Shown here: positions 1 through 12,316 of the stretch, piece after piece
Layout: each line of letters starts with the position of its first letter
How positions within the stretch are numbered: position 1 is the first letter of the stretch
Source of the DNA: Eledone cirrhosa
Taxonomy: Eukaryota
Length of the DNA: 64,000 nucleotides
Assembly (NCBI GenBank): GCA_964016885.1
Contig: OZ024743.1
Location: 177,940,001 to 178,004,000, forward strand
Direction: 5' to 3'
The notes under the pieces: generated by a model
The model's database searches: none
Told to the model about the DNA's origin: nothing
The model's input: the letters and a program-made list of their open reading frames with translations, nothing else
Program-made: the position numbers and the translations under genes

Positions 1-750
1 TTCTGTACTGAATGAAAAATTAATTCTGGTATTTAAATAGCTGAACTTATCAAGGGGTAATTCCATATATGGTCAAAGAGATAATCACCAGGATTGGTCA
101 CATCACAAGTTAGTAGTAAATCTGTGATGGCAAGTTGGTGGGGGAAGGGGTAGCTAAACCTGCCAGTAGGAGAAAACGGGAGAGGGGATGGAGTAGACCC
201 ATTCATGCGTTGGTAGTGCCAGCTACAGCTGGGTGTGAGGTCAAAGAGGATACTAGGGAGGGGGAGGGGGAGGAGGTTGAAACAGTAAGTAGAACAATGA
301 AAGGTAAAAATGTAAAAGGTACTGAGAGAGAGAAAAAATAAGCAAAATCTGGTTACTAAGACTTAAGTCTCTCGCTATTGCTAGGCTGAAGAAATACATA
401 AATGAATAAATAAACAAATAAGTGAATAAAAGAATAGATAAATAAATTTAAAAAATATGGCAGGTTTAGCTACCCCTTCCCCCACCAACTTGCCATCACA
501 GATTTACTACTAACTTGTGATGTGACCAATCCTGGTGATTATCTCTTTGACCATATATGGAATTACCCCTTGATAAGTTCGGCTATTTAAATACCAGAAT
601 TTATTTTGCATTCAGTACAGAATTAGCCGTCGAAACGGCTTGAGCTCAGCCGTCGGGGTCTTACTTGTTCCTATTACCCACTCTACTACCCTAAGTATTG
701 AGTACTTTGGTGCGTTATGGTCCACCTGGTTCCTTACCACATTTCCTTCG

Positions 751-752
<2 letters not shown>
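1..752. mobile_element. Fold-back PLE-type terminal-repeat derivative: inverted arms 1-165 / 458-622, with a degenerate HHR at about 565-659 (+)
   Basis: 1-165 is the reverse complement of 458-622 with few mismatches. HHR-like layout: acccc-TTGATAA-(cggcta..tagccg)-GAAA-cggct gagctc agccg-TC-ggggt. The tail (655-752) recurs at about 10385-10483 and 42040-42140. Confidence 0.65.
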
Positions 753-807
<55 letters not shown>

Positions 808-810
<3 letters not shown>

Positions 811-1389
811 CGTTTCTGAATTTGTTTAGCAAGATTCTTTATCTGAAATCGTGTGTTGAAACCGATATTGTTACACTTTGGGAGGGTCATGCTGCCAATA
901 AGAAACACACGCACCAGTTGCTTTCACTTCAATTTAATTTATTAAATATTTATAAATTTACAAATTTATAAATTTCTGGTTGGTTGGTTGGTTCCACAAC
1001 CAGATAGTTGTTTATATATATATAGTCATAGTTCTTTCGTCACACACTCTGTGACCTCTTCAGTGACTGGGGATTTCTTTCTTCGTTTCTGTGCCTTTCC
1101 TTTCTTCTATCCTACGCCATTTTGTTTTCATTTCAAACAAAATGGCGTAGGATAGAAGAAAGGAAAGGCACAGAAACGAAGAAAGAAATCCCCAGTCACT
1201 GAAGAGGTCACAGAGTGTGTGACGAAAGAACTATGACTATATATATATAAACAACTATCTGGTTGTGGAACCAACCAACCAACCAGAAATTTATAAATTT
1301 GTAAATTTATAAATATTTAATAAATTAAATTGAAGTGAAAGCAACTGGTGCGTGTGTTTCTTATTGGCAGCATGACCCTCCCAAAGTGT

Positions 1390-1397
<8 letters not shown>
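808..1397. mobile_element. Fold-back non-autonomous PLE derivative (arms 865-1127 / 1135-1397), same family as the PLE at 6116-7660
   Basis: Near-perfect ~262-bp inverted repeat with a 7-nt spacer, flanked by (TA)n. The arm matches 7410-7660, and the left extension 808-873 matches 6116-6178. Confidence 0.85.
1194..1238 (+). ncRNA. Minimal type I hammerhead ribozyme (mirror copy at 1024-1068, minus)
   Basis: agtca-CTGAAGA-g gtcac agagtgt gtgac-GAAA-gaac-TA-tgact. Core, stem I and stem II are all intact. Confidence 0.8.
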
Positions 1398-1430
<33 letters not shown>

Positions 1431-1520
1431 GTAGGAGGTGAGTTTTATTGTAGTACAATAAAGCAATGCAGATATCGGATAAGAAGCACTCTACAGTTTG
1501 TAGGACTGGAGTATACATAA

Positions 1521-1816
1521 TATATAAGATCAAAAGATGGTTAAATGAGTTCCACATATTTTATTATGCGCATTTCAAAAACAAATATCATCATGCAATA
1601 ACATTTGTGTTTTCATCAGATAAAATAGGAGGACATGATATGAAGGTTACAAACAGTTGTGGTTGATTTAAAACTGCACTATACACAAGTGTTTTTAACC
1701 TTCATATCATGTCCTACTATTTTATCTGATAAAAACACAAATGTTATTGCATGATGATATTTGTTTTTGAAATGCGCATAATAAAATACATGGAACTCAT
1801 TTAACCATCTTTTGAT

Positions 1817-1822
<6 letters not shown>
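1521..1822. mobile_element. Fold-back element (arms about 1521-1655 / 1690-1822) with an HHR in each arm
   Basis: Inverted repeat visible directly; lies between (TA)n tracts. Confidence 0.75.
1557..1627 (-). ncRNA. Minimal hammerhead ribozyme (mirror copy 1718-1788 has the CTGATAA variant)
   Basis: tattttat-CTGATGA-stem II-GAAA-TGCGCA(palindrome)-TA-ataaaata. Confidence 0.8.
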
Positions 1823-1889
<67 letters not shown>

Positions 1890-1911
1890 ATACACACATA
1901 TATATATATAC

Positions 1912-1960
<49 letters not shown>

Positions 1961-2080
1961 CATATACATATATATACATAATTATATATATATACATATA
2001 AATATACATATATATACATATATATATATATACATATATATATACATATATATATATATACATACATATACATATATATA

Positions 2081-2627
2081 AAATTAGAAAATATATAGCT
2101 TTCACCGTATTTTAACTAAAGGAATTTTAGCTTGATAATGGGGTTTAGAACCCTCAGATAAATGGAAAAAGATGAGTATTGACGTACATGGGAGTCGAAC
2201 CCACATCTGTGGTTATCGCGACCACTGTGCTACCATTACACCAACACATCACCCATCTCTTTCCATTCAAATTAGAAACTACATTCTTAGCGAGTTTAAA
2301 TGGCAAGTAAGTATGTTTTGAAACAGTGAGCGAGTTTGAAATTAGAAAATGTGGGTTCGACTCACATGTACGTCAATACTCATCTTTTTCCATTTATCTG
2401 AGGGTTCTAAACCCCATTATCAAGCTAAAATTCCTTTAGTTAAAATAGGGTGAAAGATATATATTTTCTAATTTCAAACTCGCTCACTGTTTCAAAACAT
2501 ACTTACTTGCCATTTAAACTTGCTAAGAATGTAGTTTCTAATTTGAATGGAAAGAGATGGGCGATGTGTTGGTGTAATGGTAACACAGTGGTCGCGATAA
2601 CCACAGATGTGGGTTCGACTCCCATGT
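2081..2627. mobile_element. Two inverted, circularly permuted copies of a 258-nt unit containing a tRNA-like cloverleaf
   Basis: aaattagaaaat occurs at 2081 and 2339; atgtgggttcgactc occurs at 2349 and 2607 (both periods 258). 2081-2350 is the reverse complement of a permutation of 2349-2627. Confidence 0.8.
2180..2250 (-). other. tRNA-like cloverleaf (tRNA-derived Pol III promoter; probably not a translational tRNA). Second copy about 2563-2627 (+), 3'-truncated
   Basis: gatgtgt-tg-gtgt aatggta gcac-a-gtggt cgcgata accac-agat-gtggg ttcgact cccat-gtacgtc-a. A box TGGTGTAATGG, B box GGTTCGACTCC. The anticodon loop lacks U33. Confidence 0.7.
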
Positions 2628-2631
2628 ATAC

Positions 2632-2680
<49 letters not shown>

Positions 2681-2709
2681 CACATATATATATATATTTA
2701 TATATATAC

Positions 2710-2771
<62 letters not shown>

Positions 2772-2773
2772 AC

Positions 2774-3310
2774 AGAAAAGGAGGAGAGCACAAGCACGGG
2801 CTGAAAGAAAATGATATACCCTCCGCCACAGGCAGGGAGGAGAGGCCGGGCAACCAACAAGCAAAGGGCAAAGGTGAAAAGCGAAATCACCTTCCGAAGG
2901 AGAACCAAGCGCAGAGGGACCAGTGGACAACTGTTCAAAGGAAGAACAGAAAGCACCGAGACACTGGGAGCAAAAAGACCCAAGTAATGTGCAAGTTTTT
3001 CAAGAACGGGACATGCTGGCATGCAGATTCGCCCACCCTAGGTCTCAAACGAACTATGCCCATCATACTCGCGCAACATGCCCCAGCCAAAGCCGAAATA
3101 AGCCGCTCCAGAAGTATGCTTATGTCGCGCGTGCCGCACCAACAAGGAGAAGGCACGGACATGCCGACGAGATAGAGATGGCAGCAGCAGATCAGAAAAA
3201 TTTTTTAGTGATGGCAGAGAAGATTGTGGGACAGCTGAGCTGGCTGCATCGTCTCCAGAGCCAGGGTCATCCACACCAGCACTCGAGACCACCACAGTTA
3301 AGGGACCCAG
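2774..3310 (+). pseudogene. Frameshifted ORF fragment with a CCCH-type zinc finger (probably a retrotransposon ORF1 remnant)
   Basis: [10 protein letters not shown] in one frame, followed by CRFAHP in another. GC-richer island between (TA)n tracts. Confidence 0.45.
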
Positions 3311-3330
3311 ATATATATATATATAGATAT

Positions 3331-3456
<126 letters not shown>

Positions 3457-3486
3457 GTATATATATATATACGTATATATATATAC

Positions 3487-6028
3487 AAAAAATCTGAGGC
3501 AATTTCAGCTCGTAAACATAAATTGCACAAAACTTTCCTGTATTACAGCCCCACGTTATACCCTAACGGATAGCACGATCTATACGTGGATATTTTACGT
3601 CTTGATGTGGGAGCTAAGTATATGTTTGTTTATTCCTTTACTTATTTGCATAGGTAAGTATATATTACCGGTATGTTTTGTGAAGGTATGTATACCTTCT
3701 TGTACGTATATTTGACTGTTATGGCGTATAATTTTTACATATTCTGGTATTTAGGGTTTGGCTATGTGTATACGGGAGTTTTGCGTCTGCGTGAGTATGC
3801 AGGTTCGTGCGTATGGTGGGTGTGTGTATATGTGTACTTCTTGTTTTAGTTGACTTACGTCTCCGAACATTCGTGTATTTATATGTAGGTATGCGTGTGC
3901 GCTTGTTATATACGTATTTATTTACTTATATACGTTTATATAATTATTTATTTATTTGTACACAAGCATACACATACACACATATATATATGTGCGTGGT
4001 TTTGTATACCTATGGTAAGGTTTTGTGTATGCTTGTGTATGTACGTATCTGTTTGCGTGTATGTATTTATTTGTTTCTATTGCTTCAGTATTGTATTTAT
4101 TTACTTTGTTCTTAACTCTGTAGCGGAGATTCATTTGGTCTCCTAGTTAGAATTTTAGTCTACGACTTCTGCTTACCATTTACGTGATTTTGTCTTTGCG
4201 TGCTATTGTTCTCCACGCTCCGCATTTGACTTATTATCTTTGTTTTTTCGTTCATTGCCAGAGAACGTCTCTATGCACCACCTAAGAGAACATTAGTCTA
4301 CGACCTCTTTTATACCATAAACGTGGTTCTGTCTTTGCGCGTAATTGTTTTTCACCGCTCCTATTAATGACGTATTATTCGTTTTTTCCTGTTCTTTGCC
4401 AGCGAACGTTACCACGAACCAAAGTATCGTCTTCCTGTCTTCCTCCGGTTGCAACGTTTTTTGAAATATCCAGTTCTGCGTTTACAGATTGACTTTGTTA
4501 GTTTCAGAAGATCCCGTTAAGGGTGAAAGCAGCGATTCTTTGCTTAAACTTTAATCTGTTATTTTAATAAATATTTGCTCTACGGTTCTTATATATTTGA
4601 TATATATTTTCCTTATCGAGCCCTCTTTGGATTTTAGTCTTCAATTTTATTATTATTACTATTTGGCTCCTTCGGTTGAGCACTCTACTGACTTATATTC
4701 ATCATGCAGAAACAACATCTGAATATTTCTACAAAGAACATACCCGTACCAAGCAGGAAAACATACCTAAAACTCCTGATACAGAAAACAGACGCGTTCA
4801 TTAAAAGGTTGCGTTGGCGTGCCTTTTACTCTACGCCACAGACCACATCTTAAACAAAAAATCTGAGGCAATTTCGGCTTGTAAACATAAATTGCACAAA
4901 ACTTTCCTGTATTACAGCCCCACATTATACCCTAACGGATAGCACGATCTATACGTGGATATTTTACGTCTTGATGTGGGAGCTAAGTATATGTTTGTTT
5001 ATTCCTTTACTTATTTGCATAGGTAAGTATATATTACCCGTATGTTTTGTGAAGGTATTTATACCTTCTCGTACGTATATTTGACTGTTATGGCGTATAA
5101 TTTTTACATATTGTGGTATTTAGGGTTTGGCTATGTGTATACGGGAGTTTTGCGTCTGCGTGAGTATGCAGGTTCGTACGTATGGTGGGTGTGTGTATAT
5201 GTGTACTTCTTGTTTTAGTTGACTTACGTCTCCGAACATTCGTGTATTTATATGTAGGTATGCGTGTGCGCTTGTTATATACGTATTTATTTACTTATAT
5301 ACGTTATATAATTATTTATTTATTTGTACACAAGCATACACACACACACATATTTATATGTGCGTGGTTTTGTATACCTATAGTAAGGTTTTGCGTATGC
5401 TTGTGTATGTACGTATTTGTTTGCGTGTATGTATTTATTTGTTTCTATTACTTCTGTATTGTATTTATTTACTTTGTTCTTAACTCTGTAGCGGAGATTC
5501 ATTTGGTCTCCTAGTTAGAATTTTAGTCTACGACTTCTGCTTACCATTTACGTGATTTTGTCTTTGCGTGCTATTGTTCTCCACGCTCCACATTTGACTT
5601 ATTATCTTCGTTTTTTCGTTCATTGCCAGAGAACGTCTCTATGCACCACCTAAGAGAACATTAGTCTACGACCTCTTTTATACTATAAACGTGGTTCTGT
5701 CTTTGCGCGTAATTGTTTTTCCCCGCTCCTATTAATGACGTATTATTCGTTTTTTCCCGTTCTTTGCCAGCGAACGTTACCACGAACCAAAGTATCGTCT
5801 TCCTGTCTTCCTCCGGTTGCAACGTTTTTTGAAATATCAAGTTCTGCGTTTACAGATTGACTTTGTTAGTTTCAGAAGATCCCGTTAAGGGTGAAAGCAG
5901 CGATTCTTTGCTTAAACTTTAATCTGTTATTTTAATAAATATTTGCTCTACGGTTCTTATATATTTGATATTATTTTCCTTATCGAGCCCTCTTTGGATT
6001 TTAGTCTTCAATTTTATTATAATTACTA

Positions 6029-6030
<2 letters not shown>
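3487..6030 (+). mobile_element. Internally deleted non-autonomous PLE with a tandem (pLTR-like) duplication: 3487-4660 and 4857-6030
   Basis: Direct repeat with offset ~1369. The spacer encodes MQKQHLNISTKNIPVPSRKTYLKLLIQKTDAFIKRLRWRA (4704-4853; PLE N-terminus-like), fused to [14 protein letters not shown], which resembles the GIY-YIG C-terminus [14 protein letters not shown] at 48.7 kb. Confidence 0.75.
4500..4550 (+). ncRNA. Variant hammerhead motif (CAGAAGA core); further copies at 5868-5918 and 8099-8149
   Basis: agttt-CAGAAGA-t ccc gttaa ggg t-GAAA-gca..tgc-TT-aaact. Confidence 0.55.
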
Positions 6031-7919
<1,889 letters not shown>

Positions 7920-7974
7920 ATTATATTATAATATAGTATAGTATAGTATATTATATTACATTATATATATATTT

Positions 7975-8160
7975 ATAGTAATAATAAATGTGAAGACTAA
8001 AATCTGAAGAGGGTTCCATAAGGATTATACATATATAAATATATATGAAAATCCGTAGGGCAAATATTTATTAAAATAAACGATTAAAGTTTAAGCAAAG
8101 TTTCAGAAGATCCCGTTAAGGGTGAAATCAGCGATCCTTTGCTTAAACTTTAATCTGTTA

Positions 8161-8168
<8 letters not shown>
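7975..8168. mobile_element. Fold-back remnant of the 3487-6030 PLE family tail (inverted tail + HHR-bearing direct piece)
   Basis: 7975-8100 is the reverse complement of about 4538-4660; 8099-8168 is a direct match to 4500-4568. Confidence 0.7.
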
Positions 8169-8224
<56 letters not shown>

Positions 8225-8574
8225 AGACAGAGCAACCAGAAGGAAGGTAAGGATTTGTTGTTTTCCCAATCCCCAGATATTTTGCATTAGCTTATGTTTT
8301 TGATATCTCCTGTCCTATGCCACAATAAATGTATTTTCACCTCAGCCTTTAGTCCTGTGTTCCTCAATGTTCCTATGCCATGATCCATATCATTTCAGAA
8401 TCCATATCTGTTAAGTCTTGTCAGCTATACACAAGTCAAGTATTGGTGTTTCTTGTCATCACCTTAGGATAGCTCTATATTGCATTTAATAGTTGTCTCG
8501 AAACACATTTTTGACGTGTTCAAATTTTGTACCCAGCCATTATTCATCAACTGCTGGATAAAAGCTCGCTGGAA

Positions 8575-8725
8575 ACACGAAGTCCGGTACAACCTGCTCC
8601 ATGGTCGGTTGTTCGGCGTCTAAACTAGCAACCCCACCACGATTGATTGGTGAGGAGAGTTTGGACACCCAGCGGAACGAAATCCAAGACCCGTCAATGG
8701 ACCAATGAACTCAAGAAAGTCAAAT
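8575..8725 (+). mobile_element. Diverged fragment of the RTE 5' UTR family
   Basis: Similar to 50590-50750 (taaac..gcaaccccacc..ggtgagga..tttggacacc..caagacc..gaactca..agtcaa). Confidence 0.55.
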
Positions 8726-9905
8726 TACCAGTCACGGGTGATGTATTTCACGATTGTTGAAATTGGAAGAGATACTTTGAGTATCTGCTGCGGTTCTTTT
8801 GGTTTTGGATTCAAATTCCATCAAAATGCAGTTAGCCACGATTAATCACTTGACTACGGAAGCACACCATCTCCCATTCACTTGACTGGTGTGAAAGGTA
8901 AGTCTAGAAGCAACATAGTTGCTGGGCTTTCATCCAGTTCATTCCATTTCATTTCATTCGGACAATATGACACTTGGAGGACGAGCCCCCTCTCTGGACT
9001 GGCTCCAGTGAAGGACATTATTACTCCTGGAGGAGTGATAATACCCAGCCATTGTCGACACTGATAGGACAGAGGTGAGAGTTGACTTCAACGGGAATAC
9101 TGCAATGCATTGTCTACGTAAATGTAAGTATTCATGGGCTATAATAGCTCATGAGTAGCTTTCTTAAGATCGTGTAGCGGCATTAATTTATGTTTTAAAT
9201 TTTTCTTTGATTTCGGCAAGAATTGCTTTTAGTTGGGCTCAAATAGTTTGTTTCGTTGAAAATAACGTTCCGTTTTTTATAATGATACTTCTATCCTACT
9301 TAATAAGGATTCCGCTTTCCAAGAGATTTTTATCTTGCCAATACTTCATTTTTCTGTTCATGTTATAATTCTGTACATTTTCTCTTTGTCTCTTTGTGTT
9401 TTTATATTTCTACATTTTCGTTATTGATCACATTACAGGTTAAATGATTCTTTTTCTATCTTTTTCTACTATTTGTTTTCAACGTTGTTTGTTTGGGGCT
9501 TGCTATTCCTGTATGAATATACTTGAGGAGATACACACTCTTCTTCACATCTATTGTACGTATATGATGCATATATTATTTGGTTTCTCTTGGTAATATT
9601 AGTGTTTGAATAAGATTTCATGATGGCTAGGTTGGGAATTCATTGAATTTTATTGTTGGTACATAGGAAAGTCTATCGAATTTATTTCTATACCCATATA
9701 TATATTTATATATATTTATATATATAATGTATTAAACAATGGTTATTTATTTATTCAATATATATGTCCTGTGATGTAAAACTACTATGATTGTAAATTT
9801 ACAAATTGGATTAAACTCCGAACTGTCTTTTGCCTATCAAAACACTGAATATCTCTCTGCCTAATATAGTTGTATTATCAACTCATCTAATCTACCTTAT
9901 ATATA

Positions 9906-9984
9906 CAGGCTATCACCAAAAAATGTATACACATTTTGATTAGAATGTTGTGGAAGTATATATACATTTTGGGGGGACACCCTG
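9906..9984. mobile_element. ~80-bp Tc1/mariner-type MITE (partial second copy at about 33025-33069)
   Basis: TA-CAGG..ccaaaaaatgtatacac / gtatatatacattttggggggacaccCTG-TA imperfect TIRs with TA flanks. Confidence 0.6.
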
Positions 9985-10265
9985 TATATATATATACATA
10001 TATATCAAAATTATGTGTACAAACGAATCAAGGAGGAGAGATAGATTATTTGTGAGAATTATAAGCAGTAGTGAAGGGGACAGTGTATTAAATGCAAGAC
10101 AAGCGAACACTGAAACTAAGCGTGAGAAATAAATGCCAAGCAAAAAGTGAGCATTAATATAGAAATTAAACGTTACAGAGTAAAATACCAAATTCCTTTC
10201 TGAAACAATTGTAAACCAATAAATATATTTATTCAAGAATTCGGTATTGTATTCTCTAACATTTA

Positions 10266-10313
<48 letters not shown>

Positions 10314-10318
<5 letters not shown>

Positions 10319-10483
10319 AAAATGTTCAAGACACAGACGGCAGAGCTCAAGCCGTTTCGACAGCTATTTCTGGACTCTGCCCTCGGGGTCTTGAACATTT
10401 TCCTATACCCACTCTACTACTCTAAGTATTGAGTACTCTGGTGCGTTATGGTCCACCTGGTTCCTTACCACACTTCCTTCGTT
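10314..10483. mobile_element. Short fold-back remnant of the 565-752 family
   Basis: taggaaaatgttcaagac / gtcttgaacattttccta arms enclose a GAAA-cggc..gccg-TC half-HHR on the minus strand; shared tail tgagtact..ggtgcgttatggtccacctgg. Confidence 0.6.
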
Positions 10484-10803
10484 ACAAAGTACGAGCGAAA
10501 CTATCGATAGTCGGGACTAGAGGAATTTTGGTAAAGTTTATATGCATTTTTTCTTCTAACTTAGACTTAGCTCGGTTTAATTGATTATTTGTCTAGTTAA
10601 TTTCTACGGGCTAACAGGAAAGACTGGATAAATTTTATCTAACTGTTCCTCGCGGAGAATAGTCTGTATCGTTTCTATTATTTCTTCGTATTTACATTCT
10701 AAACTTATAGCTCCGTTTAAATGATTATTTATTTAGTTGATTTCTACGGACTAGGGTGAAGAAAGATTGACTATATTTTATCTAATAATTCTTCAAACTT
10801 GTA

Positions 10804-10851
<48 letters not shown>

Positions 10852-11223
10852 TGAAGTAAAGGTTAAGTGGAAATATCCAAGAGTACGAGCACTCAGTCCA
10901 TAGGACGAGTTTATTGCGCTTCTATTTCCATTCAGAATTGACTGTGGTCTCTCAAGAGTTTACTCCCTCCCTTCTTACACTATTTTTTCAATAACCCCTT
11001 TTTTCTATGCTTTTCCTAAATTACCTGTCAATGACCGGGTTCCGTATGAACCGGAACCCGGTCATTGAAATGATCATAGTATAATAAACCTTTCAAGGAT
11101 TTACACAAATCCAGCCTCCTGTCATTTCATTATATATATATATATATAAAGAGAGAGGGAGAGAGAGGGAGAGAGAGGGAGAGAGAGGGTAGATAGACAG
11201 ATAGATAGATAGACAGATAAGAT

Positions 11224-12290
11224 ATGTTTCTTTTATTTGCCACCAGGGCATCAAAAGTGGGACAAGTACAAAGGGGGGAGTTTACACAAAAAGGCGTCCT
11301 CAATAAGGAGGAGGCAATAACAATGTATAAAAATAAAATAAAATATAACAAAAAATAAAATTTATAACAAAATCCTCAATAGAGAGGAGGCGCCTTGGGG
11401 GGTCGCACACACCCCCGAAAAAAGTGTGCAACCCTTTTCCTCAGGAGCACAGAGAGGGGGTGCTCCCTCGTTCCTTCCTCTTTTCCACCTACAGGCTTAT
11501 GTAAAGAGAAGGCCCATTCACACGGGCCATTCTCGCCACTTTCACCCACCTTTCATAAAAACGACTGGGGTGCAGCACCTCTTTCTCCATCCTGATCCTT
11601 CTTCCGAAATGATATCGGAAGAAACGGACCAGTTGTTGGCCAGAGAGAAAGGTGCCTGACCTCAGTCCTTTCAGACGCGTCCACCATACAACTTCTTTCA
11701 CCATGGCTATTACGCACAGAAACACCGCCTCTCCTTCATCTTTGAAGGGGGGAGGCGACTTGATCATTACAATAGACTCGGTGGTCAACCGGATCGGTCC
11801 CACCCTTGACAGCAGTTGTTCGACATAGCCCCACAGATCGGCTACGCCCGAGCAGTGTACCAATGCGTGTGCAACGGTTTCCTCGTCGCACACGCATCTG
11901 GGACAGATCTTTTTGGCGGGGTCCCTACCCGGGCGCCCGTGTCTGTAGAGCTTTTCTCGAACGGGTAGAGCCCCTCGGTAGCACTGCCAGGCCAGGGACT
12001 TCTGGAAGTTGTCCATAGGTCCCGGGCTGAATGTCCTACCGAACAGGCTGGCCAGTTCGTCCTCCTCCATGTCTAGGGCTTCTCCGAGGGCGTCGTCGCA
12101 CCTGCTGCGTACCAGCCCTCTATAGAATGTTGCGGTGGAGTCTCCACTGATAACCGGATCCGCCTGCCAGAGGGCGGTGAGCGCCTGGGCACACTCAGTG
12201 TGCCAGGCGCCCAGTTTTCTCGGACTTTGCTTGACCCAGGATTGCAGCTCGGTGAGTGAGACGAGTCTGGGAAAGGTTCGTCTCACAAAC
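11224..12290 (-). mobile_element. L1/Tx1-like LINE copy A (5'-truncated; ORF2 C-terminus + 3' UTR)
   Basis: ORF 11489-12286 with CPRC..ETVAHALVHC zinc finger; AATAAA followed by (TATC)n. Confidence 0.85.
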
Positions 12291-12316
12291 GAGGGTAAGA
12301 TAGATAGATAGATAGA

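Noticed and set aside
1679-2105. Many ORFs rich in YI/CV/HT repeats here and throughout the window
   Set aside because: They are translations of (TA)n/(CA)n microsatellites, which lack stop codons; not genes.
2180-2250. Functional tRNA-Ser(CGA) gene
   Set aside because: No long variable arm, G instead of U at position 33, three G-U pairs in the acceptor stem, and it is embedded in a repeat unit.
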